DNA of 64,000 nt from Candidatus Peribacteria bacterium (GCA_023245765.1 JAHFJP010000005.1:997-64996); one strand, 5' to 3'. Positions 14,636 to 23,589 are shown, counted from the stretch's first letter. The notes: a model not told the origin generated them from the sequence alone. Numbers and translations: made by a program.

Positions 14636-14982
14636 GATTGCGTTCTTTTGAGAAGAGTTCTGACTTGCTCATCTGCCTGAATTTGCTGAATCTCAATACG
14701 CCGAAGCAATACAGCGAGTTTCGATTCGTATTCGGGAGGGAAGACCATTTCTTCTATCGGACCTTTCTTTCCGTCTTCTAATTCACTCATTCGCTTAAAA
14801 TACACAAAGCAGAACAGCAAAGTGCGAATTTGCTTATTGGTGCGCGTCAACGAAGCGTAGATGTTGTTCACCTGAATTTGCAGAGCTGCAGCGTCCTTCT
14901 TATCGTTCACTTTGATCTCGCGTAGCTGCGGATGCTGCTGCTGCATTCTCTCCAATGCCTCTAGCAACTCTCGGACTTTCAT
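14632..14982 (-). CDS. hypothetical coiled-coil protein (low-GC insert between tal and gnd)
   Basis: 116-aa ORF at about 42% GC against about 57% in the flanks. No recognised motifs. Its stop overlaps the tal stop. Confidence 0.35.
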   Translation of the reverse strand: MKVRELLEALERMQQQHPQLREIKVNDKKDAAALQIQVNNIYASLTRTNKQIRTLLFCFVYFKRMSELEDGKKGPIEEMVFPPEYESKLAVLLRRIEIQQIQADEQVRTLLKRTQS

Positions 14983-15009
14983 GAGGTGAGGGTATCAGGA
15001 AGTGGAATA

Positions 15010-15018
15010 TGTTAGCAT
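15010..15018 (+). promoter_or_regulatory. extended -10 TGTTAGCAT, 6 nt before the gnd ATG
   Basis: TAGCAT at 15013-15018, ATG at 15025. Confidence 0.45.
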
Positions 15019-15024
15019 GTTGCC

Positions 15025-16422
15025 ATGCAACTTGGTGTCATCGGTCTCGGCACGATGGGGGCAAATCTCGCGCGCAATGCTGCCCGTAATGGCGCTCGCG
15101 TCGTTCTCTTCAATCGTACAACCGAGAAGACGAAAGAATTCCTCGAGAATTTTTCTGCAGAAGGGGAATTCGTTGCGACGGAAAGCCTGCGGGAGTTCGT
15201 CTCGGAAATGAAGGCGCCGCGGGCGATTCTTCTGATGGTCAAAGCAGGCGATGCGGTCGATGCGGTGATGGAGGAACTTCTGCCGATGCTCGAGAAGGGC
15301 GACATCATCATCGATGCCGGGAACAGTCACTACCGCGATACCGAGCGCAGAGAGGTGCGACTGAAGAAGATGGGCATTCACTTCGTGGGGATGGGTGTCA
15401 GCGGAGGCGAAGAAGGAGCGCTGCTGGGTCCGAGCATGATGCCGGGCGGGGATCCGGAAGCACTCAAGAAGCTCATGCCGCTTCTGATGAAGATGTCGGC
15501 ATCGGATGGCGCCAAAGGCAAATGCGTCACGTACATCGGGCCGGGCGGCGCAGGCCACTTTGTGAAGATGGTCCATAACGGTATCGAGTACGGGATCATG
15601 CAGCTGATCGCGGAAGCCTACGATCTCCTGAAGACCGTTGGGAAAATGAAGAATGAAGATCTCGCAAAACTGTTTGCCGATTGGAGCAAAAGTGACGATC
15701 TGGGATCATTCCTGATGGAGATCACGGCGCAGATCTTCACTGTCAAAGATCCGGCATCGAAGAAGTATTTGATCGATCTAATTGCCGATGTCGCGGGGCA
15801 GAAAGGGACTGGCAAGTGGACGACGGAAACGGCGATGGATCTGGGTATCGCGATCCCGACGATCAATGCGGCTGTCGACGCGCGCATCCTCTCGGGCGAA
15901 ACGGAACATCGTGCGCGACGTATGAAAGAGCTTCCGGAGTCACTTCCGAAAAATGCGAAGCTCCCCGCTGCCGCACTCACGTCGATGGTGCGTTCAGCGC
16001 TTGAGCTCTCGATCATATGCACCTATGCACAGGGGTTTGAACTGATGGCAAAGATGTCTTCAGAAAAGAAGTGGAATTTCGACCTCTCGGAAGTCGCACG
16101 GATCTGGCGCGGCGGATGCATCATCCGGTCGAAGTTCCTGACGATGCTGCAGCCTGCTCAAGATGACAACGCGGCAGCAAAGAAGGCCATTATCAAACGG
16201 ATGGACGGCAAGTCTCAACGGGAGTGGCGTGAACTCGTCGCGCTGGCGTTCTCGTGTGGAGTTCCCATTCCTGCACTGTCCGCGTCTCTTTGGTTTTATG
16301 ACACTGTCCGCCGTGAACGTCTCCCGCAGAATTTGATCCAGGCACAGCGGGACTTCTTTGGGGCGCACACTTATCAGAGGGTTGATAAGCCGGGGGCGTT
16401 TCATACGGAGTGGAGTCGATAG
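15025..16422 (+). CDS. gnd: 6-phosphogluconate dehydrogenase (decarboxylating)
   Basis: 465 aa. MQLGVIGLGTMGANLARN Rossmann motif, GMGVSGGEEGA and HNGIEYGIMQLIAEAY. Confidence 0.92.
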   Translation: MQLGVIGLGTMGANLARNAARNGARVVLFNRTTEKTKEFLENFSAEGEFVATESLREFVSEMKAPRAILLMVKAGDAVDAVMEELLPMLEKGDIIIDAGNSHYRDTERREVRLKKMGIHFVGMGVSGGEEGALLGPSMMPGGDPEALKKLMPLLMKMSASDGAKGKCVTYIGPGGAGHFVKMVHNGIEYGIMQLIAEAYDLLKTVGKMKNEDLAKLFADWSKSDDLGSFLMEITAQIFTVKDPASKKYLIDLIADVAGQKGTGKWTTETAMDLGIAIPTINAAVDARILSGETEHRARRMKELPESLPKNAKLPAAALTSMVRSALELSIICTYAQGFELMAKMSSEKKWNFDLSEVARIWRGGCIIRSKFLTMLQPAQDDNAAAKKAIIKRMDGKSQREWRELVALAFSCGVPIPALSASLWFYDTVRRERLPQNLIQAQRDFFGAHTYQRVDKPGAFHTEWSR

Positions 16423-16426
16423 CTAC

Positions 16427-16527
16427 CCAGCTTGTTAGCTTTTTAGCTTCTTAGGTTGTTATGATGTGTCCAGTCATCTGATGTAAAGGAAAAGCTAAGA
16501 AGCTAACAAGCTAAACAGCTAAAAGCT
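16427..16527. repeat. AGCTAA-rich inverted-repeat element, copy 1
   Basis: AGCTTGTTAGCTTTTTAGCTTCTTAG ... AAAGCTAAGAAGCTAACAAGCTAAACAGCTAAAAGCT. The 37-nt right arm matches 62488-62520 (33 nt identical; an extra A in copy 2 precedes the shared AGCT). Confidence 0.8.
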
Positions 16528-16532
16528 CGCCT

Positions 16533-17066
16533 ATGATCTTCTCCCCTCTCCCCGGCCGTCCCCTCATTACCCAGGGCTTCGGGCAGAATCCTGCGGACTA
16601 CGCCGCGTTTGGCATGGCTGGCCATAACGGGATCGACTTCGGCGTTGCTGAGGGGACAGTCATCTACGCTCCGCACGATGGCGTCATCACGGTCAAAGAC
16701 GAAGGCACGCAGAATTACGGTCTTAGCGTCACGATCGATGACGGCAAGCGCCGCAGTCTTCTCGCGCATCTCTCCCAGGCGAAAGTCACGAACGGGCAGA
16801 GCATTTCGCAGGGCGATCCCGTCGCACTGTCGGGAAAATCCGGCAACGCGACCGGGCCGCACCTCCACTGGACGTTCCGTCTGATCAAGAACGGCGTCGT
16901 GCAGAACAAGGACAACGGCTTCGACGGCGCGATGGACGTGAGCGAGTGCACGCGGCTGTGGCAGGAACAGAGCCTGCACAGTGATGCCGAGTACGCGGAT
17001 ACCGCGCAGGACTATCTGACGATGACATTTCCGGGGAACCAGTACATTAAACGGGTGATCGTCTGA
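16533..17066 (+). CDS. M23 family metallopeptidase
   Basis: Motifs GHNGIDFGVAEGTVIYAPHDGVI and GPHLHW. Confidence 0.8.
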   Translation: MIFSPLPGRPLITQGFGQNPADYAAFGMAGHNGIDFGVAEGTVIYAPHDGVITVKDEGTQNYGLSVTIDDGKRRSLLAHLSQAKVTNGQSISQGDPVALSGKSGNATGPHLHWTFRLIKNGVVQNKDNGFDGAMDVSECTRLWQEQSLHSDAEYADTAQDYLTMTFPGNQYIKRVIV

Positions 17067-17074
17067 GAACTTCC

Positions 17075-18340
17075 TCAGAAGGGCCATTTCTTGAGTAGCC
17101 ATCGCCAAAATCTTGTCATTGCGGGAACTTCTTTAAGACGGATATCCAAATTGGGTTCAGCTTCGCTCGGGGAATCAGAAGTCTGTGAGTCACGTCCGGG
17201 GAGCGGCTTTCCCCGCATGATTCCCTGGAGCTCGTGGAGCTCGACAATGCCGTGTGCATTGCGCACCTGACCGATCTCGCTCTGATCAAAACTCTCGGCC
17301 GGCCTGGGGAAATCGCTCGGATTCACCGCTTCCTTGCGGACACTCTCCCCCTGACTGACATCGAGGCCGATCCGGACTCCTGGCGGCACATACTGAACGA
17401 TCTGTCCTTGTTCGGGCGTCACGGTCATCGTGTTTTTACAGCCCGCATCGAAGAAGTAGAGTTGCCCTTTTTTGCGGATGATCCTGATCCCCGCGCGCGA
17501 GAACAAGTTATTTGTCCCCGTGTTGCAATGGGCGTCCAGCCTGAGCCCCACGGGCTCTCCAAAAATCTTCTCGGTGCCGAGAGATCTCCCAAGAATGACT
17601 GATTCACCGTCGCGGAGAAGATACTGCTGATGGATGAACCGTTTGCCAGTGACCTTGCCGGGATGCGTTTGTAGCGCATCGTCATCGGCACCGGTCTCCT
17701 GGTTGTATTCGATGAGGGAACAATCTTCACTTAATGGTGAAATGAATACGCGAGTCTCCTTTTTGCCTTTTTCTGACGTAATCATGCATTTGAGATTCGC
17801 ATCATGCGACGATGTGCGGTTTTTCGTCCACTGTGCGTCCATCATGTTGATTCCGTAGGGGTAGAGCGATCGTATGAGCAGCAGCGCTTCCTCCGCGAAT
17901 TCTTTGTCGAGTTCCGCGCTGCCGGGCATATCGAGATTGCCGCTGGCATCAAAGGTGGCGTTGGCCATGCCTCCGCTCAGTGTTCCGGTCTGGCGTTCGT
18001 GGATCGATGCGAGAATTCTGAGCGCTTCGCGCAGAGGACCCGACGCACCGGAAATCACCCGGTTCTTGCTTTCGACGAACGAAGGTTTTTCGCAATCCCG
18101 AACCGCGTTGAGCAGAACGACGAGCTCCCAGTAATCCCTATATTGCAATTTTTCCCGGATCAATTTGGTCAGCAGTCCGATGCCCATGAGTGCCGGACTG
18201 CGTTCCGGCTTTTCGATCAATCCGTAAATTCTCGCCGCCATCACGTCCGTCACCGTGCGAATATGAACTGCCGATGCATCGAGACCACCGAGATATGCGG
18301 CGATTTTCTCCATGCGGTTCTGGTTGAGTTCCGGGACCAT
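17075..18340 (-). CDS. hypothetical protein with C-terminal FHA-like domain
   Basis: SVILGRS...LFSRAGIRIIRKKGQLYFFDAGCKNTMTV resembles an FHA core. The start is placed at the internal ATG (MVPELNQ) so that it does not overlap the divergent sigma gene. Confidence 0.45.
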   Translation of the reverse strand: MVPELNQNRMEKIAAYLGGLDASAVHIRTVTDVMAARIYGLIEKPERSPALMGIGLLTKLIREKLQYRDYWELVVLLNAVRDCEKPSFVESKNRVISGASGPLREALRILASIHERQTGTLSGGMANATFDASGNLDMPGSAELDKEFAEEALLLIRSLYPYGINMMDAQWTKNRTSSHDANLKCMITSEKGKKETRVFISPLSEDCSLIEYNQETGADDDALQTHPGKVTGKRFIHQQYLLRDGESVILGRSLGTEKIFGEPVGLRLDAHCNTGTNNLFSRAGIRIIRKKGQLYFFDAGCKNTMTVTPEQGQIVQYVPPGVRIGLDVSQGESVRKEAVNPSDFPRPAESFDQSEIGQVRNAHGIVELHELQGIMRGKPLPGRDSQTSDSPSEAEPNLDIRLKEVPAMTRFWRWLLKKWPF

Positions 18341-18425
18341 CGTATAATTATACCACAAAACGACACTTTCCTGTACTTGTTGCGCAGAGGTTTCCCATGA
18401 CCCAATCCGTTGTACTATTGCTCCA

Positions 18426-18947
18426 ATGTCCTCTCCCCGCGATATTTTCGACCAGGCGTATGCCGATTTCGCGGACGCGATTTTTCGCCACTGTGCATTC
18501 CGGTTGATGAACCGTGAGCGCGGACGCGACCTGATGCAGGAGACGTTTTTGCGCTTCTGGTTGGAACTCAACAAGGGAACCGACGTTCTCAACATCCGTG
18601 CCTTTCTCTACAAAATCGCCAATAACCTGGTGATCGATGATGTTCGGAAGAAGAAGGAGAAGTCTCTCGACGAACTCCAGGAAGCCGGGTGGGATCCTGG
18701 AGAAGATCAAACGCAGAGCATGCAGGACCAGATGCAGTTCCGTGAGATCCTTCGCGTCCTCAAGGACATCCGTCCGGCGGACAGGGAACTGATCGTGATG
18801 CGGTTCATCGATGGGCTCACCCCCGCCGATATCGCCGAAGTGCTCCAGGAGGCCCCCAATACCGTCTCTGTCCGTTTGCACCGTGCGATCAAGGATCTGC
18901 GGACACTGGTCAACCCTTCCGGGAATTCTCTCGGTTCTTCCGTGTAA
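18426..18947 (+). CDS. ECF-type RNA polymerase sigma-70 family factor
   Basis: Region 2 (DLMQETFLRFW) and region 4 HTH (LTPADIAEVLQEAPNTVSVRLHRAIKDLR). Confidence 0.85.
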   Translation: MSSPRDIFDQAYADFADAIFRHCAFRLMNRERGRDLMQETFLRFWLELNKGTDVLNIRAFLYKIANNLVIDDVRKKKEKSLDELQEAGWDPGEDQTQSMQDQMQFREILRVLKDIRPADRELIVMRFIDGLTPADIAEVLQEAPNTVSVRLHRAIKDLRTLVNPSGNSLGSSV

Positions 18948-18980
18948 CCCTTCCTTCTTCTATCCGTCTTCCCTGCACCT

Positions 18981-19805
18981 ATGGACGACCGCGACCTCCA
19001 CGACTTCTTCGGCCCCGCAAAGCACCAGCGCCTGACGGTGCGCGAAAAGGAGCGCAGTTTCGACTGGCTCGATGACCGGATCGCCCGCGGACATGGGGAG
19101 CAAGCAGGCAGCTTCCTCTGGCGTACCGCGCACGCTGTCTTCTCCAGTTGGACGCCGGTTGCCGCGAGTGTGATCGTGTGCGTCGTCACGGGCGCAGGTC
19201 TTTCGTTTGCCCAGAATTCTGTCCCCGGAGATCCGCTGTATCCACTCAAGCGCTTCGGCGAGCAAATCCGGACGCACGTCTCGTTGGATGCCGAGTCGAA
19301 GGTGGAAGTACAAGTCGACCACATGGACGCGCGTCTCGAAGAAGCTGCGGTTCTCGAATCGAAAGGAACGTTGACCGAGAAAGCAGCGGTGAAGCTCGAT
19401 CAGGACTTCCAGAGCGAGCACAGTGAAGCGACTGTCCAAATCGAAACACTCGAGCGTCAGCCGCGTGCCGTACATCTTGAGGAGAAGATCGAGAAGATTC
19501 GCGAGCATTTAAAGAAAACCGAAGAGCGCTATGAGCGCACCCTCAAGGCGCACACGCAGCAGGCAATCCCTGCGCTCATGAACGCGGAGATCGAGAAAGC
19601 AATGGAGATGAAGATCAATGCGAAGGCGAAGATTGACGCAAAGATTGATGCCAAAATCGATGCGAAAATTGATGCAGCAATGGATGCGGCTGCGGGGATG
19701 CTCTCGGCAACCGGATCGGAACTACAGAAAAAACTCGACGATGTGAAGAAGATGTTGCCGAAGAAGATCGAAAAACCCCAAAAGCCCGAGGTGAAGCTTC
19801 CGTAG
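18981..19805 (+). CDS. putative anti-sigma factor, DUF5667-like, single-pass membrane protein
   Basis: TM segment VFSSWTPVAASVIVCVVTGAGLSFA, PGDPLYPLKRFGEQIR motif, helical ectodomain with an AKIDAKIDAKID repeat. Confidence 0.6.
   Translation: MDDRDLHDFFGPAKHQRLTVREKERSFDWLDDRIARGHGEQAGSFLWRTAHAVFSSWTPVAASVIVCVVTGAGLSFAQNSVPGDPLYPLKRFGEQIRTHVSLDAESKVEVQVDHMDARLEEAAVLESKGTLTEKAAVKLDQDFQSEHSEATVQIETLERQPRAVHLEEKIEKIREHLKKTEERYERTLKAHTQQAIPALMNAEIEKAMEMKINAKAKIDAKIDAKIDAKIDAAMDAAAGMLSATGSELQKKLDDVKKMLPKKIEKPQKPEVKLP
19626..19685 (+). repeat. 12-nt tandem repeat x5 encoding (A-K-I-D)n
   Basis: GCGAAGATTGAC GCAAAGATTGAT GCCAAAATCGAT GCGAAAATTGAT GCAGCAATGGAT. Confidence 0.85.
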
Positions 19806-19849
19806 TTGACCCTCCTCTGCGGTGGCGTACACTGTTGGCAGATCCCCGC

Positions 19850-22048
19850 ATGGAACTCTCTTCCACCCTGCCGATGGATCTCTGCGATAGCGTGGAGACA
19901 AGTGGCGGTTTCGCCGAGCTCCGGAAGCAAGTGAAGGAGGCAGGCCTGCTCAAGCAGCAGCCTCTCTATTACGTGTGGCAGGTGCTCTGGTGTTGCTCGC
20001 TCCTTTCTCTCAGTATCGCTGTTCTCACCTTCACCGAAAGCATCTGGTGGCATCTACTCGATGCGCCGCTCCTCGCCTTCGCTTTTACCCAGACCATGCT
20101 TCTGGGTCATGACGCCGGACACCGGCAAATCGGTCGCATCGGAACAGCGATCCTCTACGCCTGCTCCATGTGCGTCGGTATGAGCCCCCTCGCGTGGCTG
20201 GATGTCCACAATGCCCACCACGCGCATCCCAATCGTGAGGATATGGATCCGGACATCGAACAGCCGTTCCTTGCCTACTCCAACGAGCAGGTTCTGGAGA
20301 GAAAAGAATGGTGGCTCGCCCGTCTGGTGATGCGCAATCAGGCCGTGCTCTACTTTCCGTTGCTGACCTTCGTGGCCTGGAGCATCCGCAATACCGGTGT
20401 GCAATATCTGAAGAAGCTCCCGCTGCGACAGTCATGGCTCGACTGGCTCTCGTTCGTGATCCACTTCTCCCTGTATCTCGGCATTCTCTTCGTCTTGCTT
20501 CCGTGGTGGCATGCCGTACTCTTCATCGTCGTCCATCAGATCGTCTGGGGAATCTATGTGGGCTCGATCTTCGCGCCCAACCACAAGGGCATGGAGATGT
20601 TGGAGAAAGATCTGAAGATCGACTTCGTCCGTGAACAGGTCATGACTGCGCGCAATATCCGTCCGGGCTTCTTTATCGATCTTTGGTATGGAGGACTCAA
20701 TTATCAGATCGAACATCACCTGTTCCCGGTGATGCCGCGTAAAAATCTCCCCAAACTCCGCCTGCTTGTGCGCGAGCACTGTCGCCTCCACGGCATTCCC
20801 TACCACGAGACCGGTATCCGGCAGTCATACCGTGAGATTCTTACGATGATGAGTGAGATCGCAGCGTTCGCGCGTCGTCTTCCCGATGAGCGGTTGTCTC
20901 CGGTCTGGAATACTGAGGACATCATTCACAAGGTCAAGCTCACGCTTCTGGTCGTCCTTCCGTTTCTGGCAATGCTCCTGGCGATCATTCTCCTGTGGCA
21001 GCGGTACGTGTTCACGACGGATCTGGTACTGCTTGGCGTCTTCTATGCGATCTCGGTCTTCGGCGTCACCATCGGCTATCACCGCATGCTCACGCATAAC
21101 GGCTTCCATGCGCCGGCGTGGCTGCGGGCGGTTCTCCTCATCTGCGGATGCACGTCGTTTGAGACTGATCCCGCAACATGGGCCTCCATGCATATCAAGC
21201 ACCATGCGCATTCTGACGAAGAAGACGATCCGCACAGTCCGCTCCATGGATTTTGGCATTCGCACATGGGTTGGCTCTTCACACCGCACAATTATCTCGA
21301 TGCGAAGCAGTACGCTCCACATCTGCTCGAGGATCCTGTCGTCGTGTTCGTCTCGAAGACCTGGTTTGTCTGGGCGTTCCTCGGACTGCTCATTCCCGGA
21401 CTCATCGGCGGATGGACGGGATTCCTCTGGGGTGGGCTCGTCCGCCTCTTCCTGGTCAGTCACGCGACCTACAGTGTGAATTCCATCTGCCATACCTTCG
21501 GTCGCCGCACGTTTGAGACGACCGATGAGAGTCGCAACGAATGGATCGTCGGCCTGCTCGCGTTCGGCGAAGGGTGGCACAACAATCACCACGCGTTCCC
21601 GAGCAACGCCTTCCACGGCATGCGTTGGTGGCAGTTGGATATCTCGGGACTGATCATCCGTGGTCTCGAGGCCGTGGGGCTCGTCTGGGACGTGCAGCGC
21701 GTGGCTCCCGATGTGGAAGTTGCCCAACGATCTCGCATGCAGGCGATGCGAGACACAATGGGGCAGCTTCGCCAAAACGTCCTCTCATCGGTGACGTCGG
21801 CCCGTGACGAGCTTCTTAACCGCATGAGCCGCTTTACGGGTGAGCCGATCACGCACGAGCAACTGCAGGAATGCATACGGACGCATGAGCAGGCAATGGT
21901 TCGCTTCGATGCCATGGCGCAGAATATTTCGACATCAGCGAACCTCAAACGCCAGAAGCTGCTGCAGTATCAGAAGGAAGCCGACCGACTGATGGCGGAA
22001 TGCGGCAAGAAATGGGCCGTCGTGACCGGGAAGGCGACAACTGCATAA
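19850..22048 (+). CDS. fused fatty-acid desaturase: N-terminal front-end-type (QxxHH) domain plus C-terminal Delta9 acyl-CoA/acyl-lipid-type domain
   Basis: One continuous ORF (the track starts at TTG 19835; ATG 19850 is preferred). Domain 1 His boxes: HDAGH, HNAHHAH, QIEHHLFP. Domain 2 boxes: GYHRMLTH, HIKHHAHSDEEDDPHSP, GEGWHNNHHAFP. Followed by a helical tail of about 100 aa. Confidence 0.75.
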   Translation: MELSSTLPMDLCDSVETSGGFAELRKQVKEAGLLKQQPLYYVWQVLWCCSLLSLSIAVLTFTESIWWHLLDAPLLAFAFTQTMLLGHDAGHRQIGRIGTAILYACSMCVGMSPLAWLDVHNAHHAHPNREDMDPDIEQPFLAYSNEQVLERKEWWLARLVMRNQAVLYFPLLTFVAWSIRNTGVQYLKKLPLRQSWLDWLSFVIHFSLYLGILFVLLPWWHAVLFIVVHQIVWGIYVGSIFAPNHKGMEMLEKDLKIDFVREQVMTARNIRPGFFIDLWYGGLNYQIEHHLFPVMPRKNLPKLRLLVREHCRLHGIPYHETGIRQSYREILTMMSEIAAFARRLPDERLSPVWNTEDIIHKVKLTLLVVLPFLAMLLAIILLWQRYVFTTDLVLLGVFYAISVFGVTIGYHRMLTHNGFHAPAWLRAVLLICGCTSFETDPATWASMHIKHHAHSDEEDDPHSPLHGFWHSHMGWLFTPHNYLDAKQYAPHLLEDPVVVFVSKTWFVWAFLGLLIPGLIGGWTGFLWGGLVRLFLVSHATYSVNSICHTFGRRTFETTDESRNEWIVGLLAFGEGWHNNHHAFPSNAFHGMRWWQLDISGLIIRGLEAVGLVWDVQRVAPDVEVAQRSRMQAMRDTMGQLRQNVLSSVTSARDELLNRMSRFTGEPITHEQLQECIRTHEQAMVRFDAMAQNISTSANLKRQKLLQYQKEADRLMAECGKKWAVVTGKATTA

Positions 22049-22831
22049 ATGGAGTACGATCGCCATATCATTTCCCGATCAGCAACCGCTACCACGGGCG
22101 TCCGCAAGCGTAACCTCTTCGATCCTGCATCGGACGAGCCGTTCAAGCTGAGCCGCTCCAAACTCGAGCTCTTCCTGCAGTGTCCGCGCTGTTTTTACCT
22201 CGACCGGCGCTCGGGCATCGGACAACCGCCGGGTCCGCCGTTCACGCTCAACGTGGCGGTCGACGCTCTGATGAAGCGCGAATTCGATCTGCACCGCGCG
22301 CGCGGGGAGCCCCACGAACTCATGAAAGAGTTTGGCATCGATGCCGTGCCGTTCAGTCACCCGCATCTCGATGACTGGCGGACGAACTTCCACGGCGTGC
22401 AGGCCCTGCACAAGAAGACAAACTTTCTCTTCTTCGGCGCCGTCGATGATATCTGGCAGAGTCCAGGCGGTCAGCTGCACGTGGTCGACTACAAGGCGAC
22501 GAGTACGCAAAAGGAGATCAGTCTCGATGATCCCTGGAAGCAGGCCTACAAGCGACAGATGGAGATTTACCAATGGCTCCTGCGGGGGAACCGGCTGCCC
22601 GTGTCCGATCTCGGTTACTTCGTGTATGTGAACGGCGATGCAGCCCGGGAACATTTTGGCGCAAAACTTGAGTTCCATATGCAAATCATTTCCTACACGG
22701 GTGACGATTCCTGGGTGGAGGAGGCATTGAGTGAGGCGCATGCGTGTCTCTGTCGGGATCTTCCTCCGGCGGCCGCTCCCGGGTGTGAGTGGTGCGCGTA
22801 TAGGAAGGCTGCTCAGACAGTGGAATCGTGA
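22049..22831 (+). CDS. PD-(D/E)XK nuclease, Cas4/RecB-like with Cys clusters
   Basis: N-terminal CPRC, GAVDDI ... LHVVDYKAT (D...D-x-K), QMEIYQWLL (QxxxY), C-terminal CLC...CEWC. Its ATG directly abuts the desaturase stop codon. Confidence 0.65.
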   Translation: MEYDRHIISRSATATTGVRKRNLFDPASDEPFKLSRSKLELFLQCPRCFYLDRRSGIGQPPGPPFTLNVAVDALMKREFDLHRARGEPHELMKEFGIDAVPFSHPHLDDWRTNFHGVQALHKKTNFLFFGAVDDIWQSPGGQLHVVDYKATSTQKEISLDDPWKQAYKRQMEIYQWLLRGNRLPVSDLGYFVYVNGDAAREHFGAKLEFHMQIISYTGDDSWVEEALSEAHACLCRDLPPAAAPGCEWCAYRKAAQTVES

Positions 22832-22842
22832 AGGACTTGCTC

Positions 22843-22848
22843 TATACT
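22843..22848 (+). promoter_or_regulatory. -10 box TATACT for tRNA-Ser
   Basis: Lies 11 nt upstream of the tRNA 5' end. Confidence 0.4.
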
Positions 22849-22859
22849 GCACGTACCGC

Positions 22860-22954
<95 letters not shown>

Positions 22955-23010
22955 CCGGCTTCGTCCGTCCTTCGCTGCGCTCAGGACGAGACTACGCCGC
23001 GATTTGTGCT

Positions 23011-23589
23011 TCACCCTTCATTTCTGTTTCCAGCAGATACGGTGATTTTCTGCAGCGCGGCCTCTGCGTCATTCGTTGTAATGACGATCATCTTTTCCTC
23101 GTTCACGGTGAATGTTTTTTCCATGATATCCATGATGTCTTCGGTGACAACGATGCAGCCCATCGAGAAGTATCGATTGTCTTCCTGCATCCACTCGCTG
23201 ACTTTGTAGTAGCTGTGAATCCCGTACGGCGAGTTTTCGCCATTACGGAACAGACGAATGAAGCGGCCGCTGACGCCGAAGGTGCGCCGATCACCTTTGA
23301 TCTGCATCTGCTCAGCCGTCCAGGTACGAATGGGCGTTTCGGCCCGGTAGCTTCTGCCGATGTAGCGGACGGTTTCCTTGCGACCGGTGGCAACCGGGAA
23401 AGGGAGTGTCTCTCCGTTCTCATGGACCAGATAGCCAGTGTTCTTCGGAACATCGACGACGAAAACATCCCCGGCTGTCGGTTGCCACAGAGTTGTATGA
23501 GGTCTCTCTGCCGCGAACGCGGAGGGGGAACAGAGTGTCACCAGAAAGAAGCCGAAGAGGGGAGCGAATCTCTTGAGCAAGTGATACAT
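23011..23589 (-). CDS. L,D-transpeptidase (YkuD domain), secreted
   Basis: Signal peptide MYHLLKRFAPLFGFFLVTLCSPSAFA from the internal ATG (the ORF extends to 23631 with TTG). Catalytic YGIHS...SMGCIVV motif. Confidence 0.75.
   Translation of the reverse strand: MYHLLKRFAPLFGFFLVTLCSPSAFAAERPHTTLWQPTAGDVFVVDVPKNTGYLVHENGETLPFPVATGRKETVRYIGRSYRAETPIRTWTAEQMQIKGDRRTFGVSGRFIRLFRNGENSPYGIHSYYKVSEWMQEDNRYFSMGCIVVTEDIMDIMEKTFTVNEEKMIVITTNDAEAALQKITVSAGNRNEG

Noticed and set aside
18341-18595. The N-terminal 85 codons of ORF 17075-18595.
   Set aside because: They would overlap the divergent ECF sigma gene start by 170 nt, and the composition is basic and low-complexity. The internal ATG at 18340 is preferred, though the true start remains uncertain.
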